DNA from: an uncultured Verrucomicrobiae bacterium
GTDB taxonomy: Bacteria; Verrucomicrobiota; Verrucomicrobiia; Chthoniobacterales; JAFAMB01
Reading direction: 5' to 3'
Length of the DNA stretch: 64,000 nt
Assembly: GCA_963775805.1 (NCBI GenBank)
Contig: CAVZKG010000001.1
Span: forward strand, 104,180-168,179
Below the pieces are notes generated by a model. That model made no database searches. It had not been told where the DNA came from and saw nothing but the letters and a program-made list of their open reading frames with translations. The position numbers and the translations under genes are program-made. This document shows positions 1 through 9,750 of this stretch, piece after piece; position 1 is the first letter of the stretch; each line of letters opens with the position of its first letter.

Positions 1-1
1 A

Positions 2-1294
2 TGCCTTTGCCATCCTATCAAATTTGGCAATCCTGCTCGTTTCCCGCTGCTGATCGAGCCTCCAGTAAGCCAGGCCCAAAAACATCCAGGTTGTGGGCAG
101 AAAAAGCTCCGACACAGAAAGATAAAATAAAAGGAAAAGCGTTGCGATTCCTACTTTCAGGGCAAGACTTCCCTGTTCTGGTCTTAGCAGTATAACCGGT
201 TTCAAAAACGCATATACATATACCAACATGCCTATCCAGCCGGTATTGACCAAAACGGAAAAGAATACTCCGCCGTAGTAGTATCCAAATCCAATTCCAA
301 ACAGCCGATCCGCGATTGTAAAGGTCTTCGCTGTTTCGGTTAGCGCCGCCATGTTGTCTTGTCTCAGTTCTCCAGACTGGTTTTGGCCTGACATCTTGTC
401 GGTGAATAGTCCATCGAAGGTCTCCGGGAAGGCGAAATAAAGTGTCCCGAATGCCGCAGCGAAGAGAATGATTACGAGAGCGATAGAAAGGCTTATTTTC
501 CTTTGGAACAGGCTGTAGAGAAACAAAGCAAACGGAAAAGCCACGTACGCCGACGTGGATGTCGAAAAAACGATACAAAACAAGAGGGCGGTGGAGAGCC
601 ATTTCCGTTTGTTTTCCAGGGCGAGAAACAGGTAGGGAATAACTCCGGCTGAAAACCAGGAAGGTTCTCCAAACGTCGATTTAATGCGTAAGAGTGTGAA
701 GGCCCCGACTTGAATTGTCTGTGACCAACTCGCCGTGTGCAAATCGTCGCCATAGCTTCGATTCACGATAAAATCGCCTGGCTCTTTGAATATTAGAAAG
801 TAGAGCCACTCATAGATCCCGTAGATAGCCAGAAACCATCCTCCCCACAGGACATAGCGCATCCACTCGGCGCGAAAGAAGAAACGAAAAAACAATGCGA
901 TGCAAACGCACGCAGCCAAATACAAACTCTGTGTAAAAAGTGCTGAGCGGAGCACAACACTTGTGTCAATGGTGTTGATTAATTGCAGGTCCCCAAAGTC
1001 GTGGCGATTCGAGACGAGATGTCCCAATTGGCTTCCGCATAAGAGCAATAGCCAGAGTCCTGCCATGACGAAGGCGGCTTTAAGGTAACGTATTTGCTGA
1101 ATGCTGGGTTTACCTTCGCTACGGCTCAGGAACACAAAGAACGCGGAAACAAAAGCCAGCACGTACGCTGGTATGGTTCCTTGCACAGATGGAATAAGCA
1201 GAAACGATGTCAACGGCATCGTGGTGCACCAGAGCGGCATAAACCAACTTGGAATCCCATCGTGCGGGACGAAAATCGAGGTGCCACTTTTCAT
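2..1294 (-). CDS. Wzy/O-antigen ligase-like polytopic membrane protein (polysaccharide polymerase), 3' end beyond window
   Basis: Not in the ORF track because it runs off the edge. Manual translation from ATG 1294 (ATGA overlap with the upstream GT stop) gives MKSGTSIFVPHDG... with many hydrophobic segments, RIKSTFGEPSWF and a late GIGFG motif, and no stop down to position 2. Last gene of the glycan operon visible here. Confidence 0.75.
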   Translation of the reverse strand, partial: MKSGTSIFVPHDGIPSWFMPLWCTTMPLTSFLLIPSVQGTIPAYVLAFVSAFFVFLSRSEGKPSIQQIRYLKAAFVMAGLWLLLLCGSQLGHLVSNRHDFGDLQLINTIDTSVVLRSALFTQSLYLAACVCIALFFRFFFRAEWMRYVLWGGWFLAIYGIYEWLYFLIFKEPGDFIVNRSYGDDLHTASWSQTIQVGAFTLLRIKSTFGEPSWFSAGVIPYLFLALENKRKWLSTALLFCIVFSTSTSAYVAFPFALFLYSLFQRKISLSIALVIILFAAAFGTLYFAFPETFDGLFTDKMSGQNQSGELRQDNMAALTETAKTFTIADRLFGIGFGYYYGGVFFSVLVNTGWIGMLVYVYAFLKPVILLRPEQGSLALKVGIATLFLLFYLSVSELFLPTTWMFLGLAYWRLDQQRETSRIAKFDRMAKA

Positions 1295-2202
1295 CGGTTA
1301 GCGAGGGGAAGCTTTCTCCAAGCCCGAAACTGCGCCATGGACAATGGGCGGCGAAGTTTGCGCCAACGGATCGCGCAGACAAATGCCTCCATCCATCCTA
1401 ACAGAAGCTTGTCCGGGTGAGCATTCCACTCTGGATTGGTAAGGAGACGCAAACAATTCAGGGCGCGGAGGATGTAAAAGGGAAAGGGAAAATAGAGAAA
1501 GCCGATAATCGCCTGGTTGCGGATGTAATAACGGCTCGCTTTAGCCGAATTGCGCGATGTCAGAGTCCGGTTATGACGGATTACGACTGCCGGATAGGCA
1601 TAGATGCTGAGGCCGTGAAGTAAAGAGTTAAGACAAAATTGATCTTCCTCAGCATAATAATGCAGGCGCTCCAGATACCCGCCCAACTCCAGGAACTTCT
1701 TCCGTCGGAGCAGATGCCCGCAACCGATGAAATATTGAACGGGAAACGGATCTCTCAGCGTTTCGTCGTGTATAAATTGTGCATCACCGTTCACTATATG
1801 GAACGCCAGCGCGGCAACCGACGGATGATTTTCAAGCCAGAGCATTGCACCGGTTATGTCTCCGGCGACCGGGAATGAATCGTCGTCCAGGCTCAAGTAG
1901 TAGGTAGAGTTCAGCATCTGCGCCAGGCGATTTCGCTGAGCCACCAAACCAAGGGAGCGATCGGTCCTTTCAAAGCGAACTTTTGGAAAGGCGGTGCGGA
2001 GGGCTTGTGGTATCGGTTGCTGGGAGCCGTCGTCAATGACAATCGTCTCCATATCTTCGTAACCTTGCATCTTCAATTCAGAGAGGGTAACCGCGAGATC
2101 GTCCCAGCGATCTCTCGTCGTTATACCGATTCCTACCTGTGTCGATTTCGCTGTTGGCAGGCGATTCCTTAATTTCGCGTTTTGCATGAAAGTGAGGGTC
2201 AT
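1291..2202 (-). CDS. Glycosyltransferase family 2
   Basis: VIDDGS and LSLDDDS (DxD) motifs, GCGHLLR, YAEE; ATGA overlaps with both neighbours. Confidence 0.9.
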   Translation of the reverse strand: MTLTFMQNAKLRNRLPTAKSTQVGIGITTRDRWDDLAVTLSELKMQGYEDMETIVIDDGSQQPIPQALRTAFPKVRFERTDRSLGLVAQRNRLAQMLNSTYYLSLDDDSFPVAGDITGAMLWLENHPSVAALAFHIVNGDAQFIHDETLRDPFPVQYFIGCGHLLRRKKFLELGGYLERLHYYAEEDQFCLNSLLHGLSIYAYPAVVIRHNRTLTSRNSAKASRYYIRNQAIIGFLYFPFPFYILRALNCLRLLTNPEWNAHPDKLLLGWMEAFVCAIRWRKLRRPLSMAQFRAWRKLPLANR

Positions 2203-3092
2203 AGTCGGGAAGAGGCGAGAAATCGGTCATTCTCTTTGCGCGGGGAACGGTGGGCAATAAAGGCACGCGCCATGTATTCGAGCCCTGACACAATTTCAAA
2301 GGTCGTCGTTTTCCAGGAATGCTCCTGCCGTGTGAGGAACCAATTCCTAACATAGACGTTGCGCATATTTCTATTTAACATGCATTTAGCGTAGTAGGCT
2401 CCGCGGCCACGGTCATACCACCGCATCAATCGCCACTCATCGTTCGCGGTTTTTCGTCCGTGATGGTGGTAGACAACTGGTTTGGGGTCGTACGCGCCGT
2501 TCCAACCCGCGGCCGAGATTCTTGCTAACAATTCCGTCTCATCCCCACTGTAGAGCGCCCCGGCTCCGAACCACGGATCGAAGCCATCGACATCGGTAAG
2601 AGCGGCTTGTCGGTAGGCGACATTCGCACCTTGAATAAAACCGGGTCGAATGAAGCTGCGTGGAGGAATCGAAAGAGGTTCCAATGATTCCTGTATTGTT
2701 ATTTTGCGATCGGTTGGATCATGTAACAGAATCCGCCCTCCCACAAAGCCGAGTGTTGCGTCATTTGCGAAGCACTCGAATATTGACTCGAGATAGTGCT
2801 CCCCCGGATAACAGTCATCGTCGATACAAGCGACGATTGCAGACCGGGCCGATCGCCAGCCAGCATTTTTAGCGCAGGACACTCCTCTACCGTGATTAAC
2901 AATCATTTGCACGGGGTGACCGCAAGCAGCGGCAAATTCCGCTACAACCTCAGAGGTTCTATCTGTCGATCCATTGTCTACGATAACCAGCTCCCACTTT
3001 AATTGGGATTGCATCGCTAAAACGCGTTTCAGCGTTTGGGTCAGTTGAGCAGCGCGGTTGCGCGTACAAATGATTAAAGAGAGATCGTACAC
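2199..3092 (-). CDS. Glycosyltransferase family 2 (paralog A)
   Basis: IICTRNR, VDNGSTD, IDDDC, GANVAYR motifs. Confidence 0.9.
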   Translation of the reverse strand: MYDLSLIICTRNRAAQLTQTLKRVLAMQSQLKWELVIVDNGSTDRTSEVVAEFAAACGHPVQMIVNHGRGVSCAKNAGWRSARSAIVACIDDDCYPGEHYLESIFECFANDATLGFVGGRILLHDPTDRKITIQESLEPLSIPPRSFIRPGFIQGANVAYRQAALTDVDGFDPWFGAGALYSGDETELLARISAAGWNGAYDPKPVVYHHHGRKTANDEWRLMRWYDRGRGAYYAKCMLNRNMRNVYVRNWFLTRQEHSWKTTTFEIVSGLEYMARAFIAHRSPRKENDRFLASSRL

Positions 3093-3160
3093 AACCTGGA
3101 TATGAGCAGTCAGTGGTCAGTATTCGGCGGAACAAATAAGTTGATAGCGCAGCAAAGCGC

Positions 3161-4066
3161 TCATCGTTCGCAAGGCCCAAGAACTCTGGCATTTCGTTTC
3201 TCGGGTGATCGGCCGGTGACGAGCGCGCGCGCGACGTATTCAAGACCAGCCACAATTTCCAGAGTCGACGTTCTCCAGGAATGGTATCGCCGTGTCAGCA
3301 ACCAATTCCTAACATAGACTTCCCGCATACTCCGATTGAGGATGCACTTCGCGTAATAGGCTCCACGGCCTCGATCGTATGAGCGCATCAGGTGCCATTC
3401 GTCGCCTGCCGTTTTGCGACCGTGATGATGGTAAACGAGCGGTGCCGGATCGTATGCCCCGGTCCATCCGGCGACCGACATGCGCGCGAGCAATTCCGCT
3501 TCCTCTCCGGTGAATAGAGCACCTGCACCGAACCAGGGATCGAAGCCGCCGACCTCCGCAAGAGCGGTTCGACGAAAGGCCAGGTTTGCGCCTTGAATTA
3601 CGCCTGGTCGAATAAAACTCCTGGGCGGAAAAGATTGCCGCTCCAAAGATTCTTGAATAGTAATTCTACGATCACTCGGGTCGTGCAATAGAATCCGACC
3701 TCCGACAAAACCAAGTTTAGGATCTTTTGAAAAACAATCGGATACAGCGTCGAGATAATCTTCCGCGGGGTAACAGTCATCGTCGATGTATGCGATTATG
3801 TCGGACTTTGCCGATTGCCAGCCGGCATTGCGAGCGTAGGAGACGCCGCGGCCCGGTTTGCAGACTAATTGGACAGAATGATCACAGACCGCGGCAAATT
3901 CTCGTACGACTCCACGTGTCTCATCTGTCGATCCATTGTCTGCGACAATCAGCTCCCAGGCCAATTGTGATCGGATCGCCAAAACCTTTTTGAGTGTTCG
4001 AGCGAGTTTCGCGGCGCGGTTGCGGGTGCAGATTACTAAAGAAAAATCGTATAGACTGTCGATCAT
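3161..4066 (-). CDS. Glycosyltransferase family 2 (paralog B)
   Basis: VICTRNR, ADNGSTD, IDDDC. Start moved to ATG 4066 (MIDSLYDF) because the longer ORF overlaps the upstream gene and similarity to paralog A begins here. Confidence 0.9.
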   Translation of the reverse strand: MIDSLYDFSLVICTRNRAAKLARTLKKVLAIRSQLAWELIVADNGSTDETRGVVREFAAVCDHSVQLVCKPGRGVSYARNAGWQSAKSDIIAYIDDDCYPAEDYLDAVSDCFSKDPKLGFVGGRILLHDPSDRRITIQESLERQSFPPRSFIRPGVIQGANLAFRRTALAEVGGFDPWFGAGALFTGEEAELLARMSVAGWTGAYDPAPLVYHHHGRKTAGDEWHLMRSYDRGRGAYYAKCILNRSMREVYVRNWLLTRRYHSWRTSTLEIVAGLEYVARALVTGRSPEKRNARVLGPCER

Positions 4067-4088
4067 TCGATGTCTCTCAATTGGCGTG

Positions 4089-5378
4089 CTATGCCCCGAG
4101 CGCCCGCTCGATTTCGTGATGAACAATGCTAGCGAACTTCTCGTATGAGAACTCGCGTTGAACCACTTGCCGTCCGCGTGTGGCAAGGGCACCCCTTTTG
4201 CTGGGATTATCAATCAATCGGATGCAATTCTCCGCAAGACCTTCTGGATCAGCGGCTACGATCAAAGATTCACCCGCCTTCAGGCTATTCTCGTATCCGC
4301 GATGGCCGGTGACGGTTGCGACGCAAGTTCGCCCGAATGCCAGGCTCTCCAGAACTTTGATATTAGTCCCAGCCCCCGTCCATAGCGGGCAAAGTGTAAA
4401 CCAGCATCGTTCGTAAACGGCGGCGAGGTTATCGACAAACCCCAATACTCGGATTCCCGGGACCGCTTGCCACCGTTGGGCTGTCGCCGGGTCGTTTTTG
4501 CCCACGAGCCAATACTCCGCTGTTGGACAGGCGGCTCGGACCTTTGGCCATCCCTCACGAATGAATCGATCAATTCCATCGCGATTAGGAAGCCAGGAAA
4601 GTAGTCCGACGGTCAGAATGACCGGATTCGCGGATATCGATCCGTTCGGCGCCGGCACCGGCAAATTGTAGGGTATGTTTGGAAGGATGGCGGCATTTCG
4701 TGTGACCGCGTGCCGGGTATCCTCCGTTTTCGTCACCCAAACCCCGCGAAATTTTGGCACCCATCTCTGAAAAGCCGCTTTGATCTGCGAAGACTGTGCA
4801 GAATAAAGAAGTCTCTGGACGCGGGGTCGCGTTGTATCCTTGGCTCGTTGTGCGAAGAGATCGAAATCAACATCGTCGATGTCTAACAAGCAGGGCATCC
4901 GGCCGACCAGACCCGTCTTCACGATTGGTTTGAGATATCTTCCAACGGCCAGGAAATATCGATTTCGAGCGAGAACTTCTGAAAGATTGCGGCTTACCGG
5001 GCCATCGACACCATAATCCCAATTCCGCGGAAGAGTGACACGCAGAACCCGCTCGGCCATGAGGCTAAGGGTCGATTCTTTCAGAATACGCCGCAGCGAA
5101 TATGCTGTTGATTGCCACGGAAACCTTCCGAGAAAATTCATCGAAGCCGGGATGGAATCCCCCGTTACGCCGCTCTGAAATGCCAGATCATGGCAGAGAA
5201 CCACATCCACCGGGGCGATTTCACTCAGTGCCTTCAACAAAAGATGCGTTCTCTGGTAGGAACCACAGTCCGGCGGAAAAGGAGGGAATGGCGAGACTAA
5301 CAATATTCGCTTCTCACGCACAGTATTCGCGTGCGTGATCGGGGTAGTGCCGATACCTAGTTGCATTGATTTCGCCAT
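4089..5378 (-). CDS. Glycosyltransferase family 4 (GT-B)
   Basis: PFPPDCGSYQR N-terminus, GAGTNIKVLESLAFG acceptor/donor motif. Confidence 0.9.
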   Translation of the reverse strand: MAKSMQLGIGTTPITHANTVREKRILLVSPFPPFPPDCGSYQRTHLLLKALSEIAPVDVVLCHDLAFQSGVTGDSIPASMNFLGRFPWQSTAYSLRRILKESTLSLMAERVLRVTLPRNWDYGVDGPVSRNLSEVLARNRYFLAVGRYLKPIVKTGLVGRMPCLLDIDDVDFDLFAQRAKDTTRPRVQRLLYSAQSSQIKAAFQRWVPKFRGVWVTKTEDTRHAVTRNAAILPNIPYNLPVPAPNGSISANPVILTVGLLSWLPNRDGIDRFIREGWPKVRAACPTAEYWLVGKNDPATAQRWQAVPGIRVLGFVDNLAAVYERCWFTLCPLWTGAGTNIKVLESLAFGRTCVATVTGHRGYENSLKAGESLIVAADPEGLAENCIRLIDNPSKRGALATRGRQVVQREFSYEKFASIVHHEIERALGA

Positions 5379-5432
5379 TGGCGCACTTCTGGTGTTGCTA
5401 TTTGGGAATATCCCGGTTTTGAAGAGCGCCAG

Positions 5433-6770
5433 CTAATGAGGTCTCTTCGGCTCTGCGAGCTGTAGCAGCGATCTCTCGCGCGCGGCTCGCCAACGGCCCA
5501 GAATGTTCCTCAAACGCAGGGCTCCCGCTTCGGCAACGCGCTTCGCTTGTCTCCCGACCGTGGGCTTCATCAACCGCCGATACTGTCTCAGCCGATCCGG
5601 TTCTTTTCCGGTCGCCACGTCTGGACGTTTTTCGGGTCGGCATCCCTCCAGGAGAATCTCAAATAAGCCTCTAATACTACGGTCGCAGATCCTGCCAGTG
5701 GCAAAATTGTGGGCCTGCACTCCCATCTCACGCCAGCTTTGGCGAGCGGCCCACGCGCGCTCCAATGCGGCTCGTGCCAGTCCGAGCACGGGCGCTTCGG
5801 CTACAAATCCAGTTTCCGCTTCGGTTATCCATTCCTGGTTGCCGCCTACATCCGAGACGATCGCCGGCCGGCCACAGAGCATCGCCTCGACCAGTGCCAG
5901 GGGGGTGCCCTCAGCACGAGAGAACATCACGAGAACCTGTTCCTCAGCCCAAATTGCACGCACACTGCTTTGGTAGCCGGCGAATGTTATTCGCCCTTGC
6001 AACCCAAAGAATTCGACAAGCATGCGCAAATAGCATTCATCAGGACCCGATCCGTAAAAGGTCAGGTGCCAATCTCGCTGCTTCCATTTATCCACGCTGA
6101 GTGCCTCTATGAGTATGTCTTGTCCCTTCGAATTCGCCTTCAAACGGGCCACACTGGCCAACCGGACAGTGCTCGAGTCGGGCCATGGCAAATAAGAACG
6201 ATCAGAAAGATTGACTGGGTTTAGCACGACGTCGGAATTTGAAATCTTCATTCCGAGCTGGCGTTCCGCATCAATTCGGTTTTGGTTCGACACGAAGAGC
6301 ACCCGGAAAGCCCGTGAATAAATATTGCGAGCGTGCTCGCGACGGCAATTGTCCGCCATGATAGGCAGACTCTCATTCCATTGGCAGACCAGAACAAAAG
6401 GAATTGGTGTAACGTACAACAACTCAAGAAGATCTGAGCACTCAACAAATTCGAAACTGGATGATTGACTAATAAGTAGCACGTCGGGATTCGTCTTGAA
6501 GAGGTCGCGATAACCGGATGCGGCACCGAGCGATGCTCCTTGAGCTGGGAATTCGCGGTTATAACGATGCAAAATCTTCGCTCCGCGACTTGAAAGTTCT
6601 CGCAGTTTTGGTGCCTCATTAGCCCATCCGACGACGGATACAAAAACTTCGTGCGAAACGTCTAAGGCCTCCAAAGCGGTTGCCGCCCAAAGCTCTTCGC
6701 TACCGCCCCAGGGAGCACCTCCCATCGTGGAGATGATTCCGATTCTTAATCGTCGCGCCATTTCTTTCAT
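5433..6770 (-). CDS. Glycosyltransferase family 4 (GT-B)
   Basis: WGGSEELW, SKGQDIL, SRAEGTPLALVEAM (E-x7-E) motif. Confidence 0.9.
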   Translation of the reverse strand: MKEMARRLRIGIISTMGGAPWGGSEELWAATALEALDVSHEVFVSVVGWANEAPKLRELSSRGAKILHRYNREFPAQGASLGAASGYRDLFKTNPDVLLISQSSSFEFVECSDLLELLYVTPIPFVLVCQWNESLPIMADNCRREHARNIYSRAFRVLFVSNQNRIDAERQLGMKISNSDVVLNPVNLSDRSYLPWPDSSTVRLASVARLKANSKGQDILIEALSVDKWKQRDWHLTFYGSGPDECYLRMLVEFFGLQGRITFAGYQSSVRAIWAEEQVLVMFSRAEGTPLALVEAMLCGRPAIVSDVGGNQEWITEAETGFVAEAPVLGLARAALERAWAARQSWREMGVQAHNFATGRICDRSIRGLFEILLEGCRPEKRPDVATGKEPDRLRQYRRLMKPTVGRQAKRVAEAGALRLRNILGRWRAARERSLLQLAEPKRPH

Positions 6771-6788
6771 GCGATTTTCGAGTTCGTG

Positions 6789-7562
6789 TTAGGCACCGGT
6801 CCGGACGGCAATCCGACAGGTGTAGTCGACCCGGTGCAGGTACAGATTCAGTTTGTGTTCACTGAGATATTCGTCAGTCGCTTTCCGAGCGCCCTGCCAG
6901 TGACCGTAATCGTCAATAATCAAAACACCACGAGGATCAACGAGGGGAAATAGATGAAATAGCTCGTGCTTGGTCGATTCGTACCAATCTGTGTCGAGCC
7001 TGAGAAGAGCTAGTTGAGGAGGTAGTTCGGACGGGATGGTCTCCTCCACTTTGCCTTTGATAAGGTGAACCCGCTCTTCGGGATAACCGGTCGCAAGGAT
7101 GTTGGTCCGGACATCCTCAAGCGACGCAAAGCACCAGATGCCGGTCCCGACCGGATCACGGGCGAGCAGCGATTTTGCAGACTCGTCGCTAAGACTCTTA
7201 TCGTGTTCCGTCGGCTCTGACATCCCTTCAAACGTGTCGTATAAATACAGATCGCGGCTCAAATCATCGTTGGCCATTAGGGCAAGGGCAACCGCCATCA
7301 TGCTGCCTCCCCGCCAGACACCGCATTCCGCAATGTCACCGGGGATTTTGTGTTCCGTGATGTATCGGACGGCATTGATAAGTGCCGCGATTCGCGCTTC
7401 GCTCGTGAGTGTGTATGGTTTGACGGATTCAACAATCTCGATTTCACGACGCGTCAAATCCTGAAGATTGACCGAGTCTTGACTAGGTTGGTAACGGACA
7501 ATATCAAAGCCGGTTCTGTGAACAAAGCTCTTAATGATTTTCTTAAGAACGGAAGCAGTCAT
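6789..7562 (-). CDS. TylF/MycF/NovP-family O-methyltransferase
   Basis: ECGVWRGGS, YDTFEG, LRLDTDWYEST, IDDYGHWQGA family motifs. Confidence 0.92.
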   Translation of the reverse strand: MTASVLKKIIKSFVHRTGFDIVRYQPSQDSVNLQDLTRREIEIVESVKPYTLTSEARIAALINAVRYITEHKIPGDIAECGVWRGGSMMAVALALMANDDLSRDLYLYDTFEGMSEPTEHDKSLSDESAKSLLARDPVGTGIWCFASLEDVRTNILATGYPEERVHLIKGKVEETIPSELPPQLALLRLDTDWYESTKHELFHLFPLVDPRGVLIIDDYGHWQGARKATDEYLSEHKLNLYLHRVDYTCRIAVRTGA

Positions 7563-7642
7563 AACGGATAAAAGGTAGTCGATTGTTAAATTTATTGAAA
7601 CGGAGCGCGGCTAGTGGCTACCGACTGCCGTATACTCTGGCG

Positions 7643-8446
7643 CTAGCATTTCGTATTGATAGCAAAGTCTTGCTCTGATGAGGGACGCACAGCATGCATT
7701 AAAAGTGCGATGTACATTGTGTTTTTTGGTATTTCTGCGTCGACGACGCTGTACTTCTTAAAGTATTTGTCAGCGCAGTGGTTTAGCCAACTTGGATAGA
7801 AGCGCCAAAGTCCGCGTAAACCCCACAGCGCAAAGCCAAATGGTGACCATTTCGGCGCGCGCAACTGCCAAAATCCTTGATTAAAAAAGAAACAAAGGGC
7901 TCGCGGTCCACAGGTTAACTTCTTCGCTTCCTTGATTCGAAAACCTGCTTGCTCCAACAATAGATGCAACCCATCAGCGGTCCACCTTTGGAAGTCGTAT
8001 GGACATCCATGATCGCCGAAGAGCCCGTGCGTTGTGAGAACAAGAGTACCGCCTGGTTTCAAGACACGAAAAGTTTCTGCGATGTAGTGAGCTGGTTCCG
8101 GCACATGCTCCAGAACCTGCGTCGACAGAACCATATCAAACGAACTGTCCGGTACAGGAATCGAAGAGTCTGACGGCAACAGGAAATCTAAGCCCTGACA
8201 GGGCGTAAAGTCTGCGCGAACGTACTCGCTGTTCCGGAAAAGACTCCTATAGGGCGAACCTCCACAACCGTAGTCGAGAATGCGCATTCTCTCCCCAGTC
8301 CCAAAGGGACTCATCGATTCGCGCAAATCGATCAGATGCAAATAAAGAGAACCATTGGGGTTCGGGCGTAGGCGCTCGCTCACGTAATCGTCAGCTTCCA
8401 GCACCTGGGAGAGATTTTTGTGTCCTACCTCGATTGAGTTAACCAT
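7643..8446 (-). CDS. Class I SAM-dependent methyltransferase
   Basis: LDYGCG, FDMVLSTQVLEHV, RVLKPGG. Confidence 0.88.
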   Translation of the reverse strand: MVNSIEVGHKNLSQVLEADDYVSERLRPNPNGSLYLHLIDLRESMSPFGTGERMRILDYGCGGSPYRSLFRNSEYVRADFTPCQGLDFLLPSDSSIPVPDSSFDMVLSTQVLEHVPEPAHYIAETFRVLKPGGTLVLTTHGLFGDHGCPYDFQRWTADGLHLLLEQAGFRIKEAKKLTCGPRALCFFFNQGFWQLRAPKWSPFGFALWGLRGLWRFYPSWLNHCADKYFKKYSVVDAEIPKNTMYIALLMHAVRPSSEQDFAINTKC

Positions 8447-9729
8447 CTTGATTCCTCATGGTAAGTGCAATATTCAGAACGCCACCCAAACAGACTCGTC
8501 TTATTAAGAATAATCACCCGAAAATGACAGATTCCCACCAGTTGTTGATACGATTGTCCACCGGGTGGATCGGTGAAATATGCTGTCAAGCTATATTGAC
8601 CAACATTGAGACTTAGCCTTGGGATCTCGCAGACTACCTTTGTGGTGCCCGAGCCGTTGCAGATTTCTATGGAATGGTCAAAAGCTCGGAAATGAACCAC
8701 GGGAATCTGCGCTTGATTTACAATTTGAAACGAAAGGCAGGCACCGGGAATTGGCTCCGGATGGTAAAAATCAAACTCGATTCGCATAGGAGCGCCGCTC
8801 TCGTGAACGGAACCGGGCTGTGAACAGAACAATTCCACGCTGGTAATCGACGGCTGGCCGACTACGGGCTGAGCCTCATAGCGCACTTTCTGGGATTGCA
8901 TTGAGCTCAGGTATTTTGCCACAGCCTCCTGTGTTTCCCCAAAAAAGACGCAGTTGCCAGCTTGTAGCAGGGCAGAGGTCGCAGTGAGAGATGTAATGGC
9001 CGCCATGTTGTGGCTAACAAAAATGACGGTTCGTCCGGAATGGCTCACATCTTCCATTTTGCCCACGCACTTCTTTTGAAACTCAGTATCGCCAACGGCA
9101 AGAACTTCATCGACGATTAAGATCTCCGGCTCCAAATGCGCGGCGACGGCGAAAGCAAGCCGCACATACATACCGCTGCTGTAGCGTTTCACCGGTGTAT
9201 CGAGGAATTTTTCGACTTCAGCGAACGCCACAATTTCGTCGAACTTAGCTTTAATTTCGACACGGCTCATTCCAAGAATCGCACCGTTTAAAAAAATGTT
9301 TTCCCGGCCGGTCAATTCCGGATGAAAGCCGGTGCCGACTTCGAGAAGGCTGGCCACGCGCCCTCTGATGCGGATGCGGCCTTCGGTTGGTTCGGTGATC
9401 CTGCTCAGGATTTTTAGCAAAGTGGATTTGCCTGCACCATTTTTGCCGATAATGCCGACTACTTCTCCCTGCTTGACTTCAAATGAAACATTCTTGAGAG
9501 CCCAGAAATTCTCAATTGAACCATTGGAAAGCGGTTCGCCGTAGGCATGCGGTTGTGATCCGTTCGAGCCGTTGGCGGCATTAATTCTCCTACCGATGGC
9601 TTTGAAGGGGGACATCGCTTGTCGTACCAGGACGTCTCGCAATGTCGTGTATCGCTCTTCGTTCCTCTTGTGGTTTAGAGTGTAACGTTTGCCCAGGTTT
9701 TCGACCGAAATGATAGTGTCCGAGGTCAT
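8425..9729 (-). CDS. wzt: Polysaccharide ABC exporter ATPase with C-terminal Wzt_C domain
   Basis: Walker A GKNGAGKST, YSSGM signature, IVDEVLAVGD, plus a long C-terminal beta-rich extension. Confidence 0.93.
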   Translation of the reverse strand: MTSDTIISVENLGKRYTLNHKRNEERYTTLRDVLVRQAMSPFKAIGRRINAANGSNGSQPHAYGEPLSNGSIENFWALKNVSFEVKQGEVVGIIGKNGAGKSTLLKILSRITEPTEGRIRIRGRVASLLEVGTGFHPELTGRENIFLNGAILGMSRVEIKAKFDEIVAFAEVEKFLDTPVKRYSSGMYVRLAFAVAAHLEPEILIVDEVLAVGDTEFQKKCVGKMEDVSHSGRTVIFVSHNMAAITSLTATSALLQAGNCVFFGETQEAVAKYLSSMQSQKVRYEAQPVVGQPSITSVELFCSQPGSVHESGAPMRIEFDFYHPEPIPGACLSFQIVNQAQIPVVHFRAFDHSIEICNGSGTTKVVCEIPRLSLNVGQYSLTAYFTDPPGGQSYQQLVGICHFRVIILNKTSLFGWRSEYCTYHEESRWLTQSR

Positions 9730-9750
9730 TGCAGCGTGGGTAATAGATAG

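Noticed and set aside
18-753. ORFs 18-602 (-), 493-753 (-) and 1-195 (+)
   Set aside because: Alternative frames overlapping the Wzy-like gene 2-1294.
7614-7625. Second ops-like site GTCGGTAGCCAC (- strand) upstream of the TylF gene
   Set aside because: Matches 7 of 8 core bases but lacks the 3' pause dinucleotide and could be chance.
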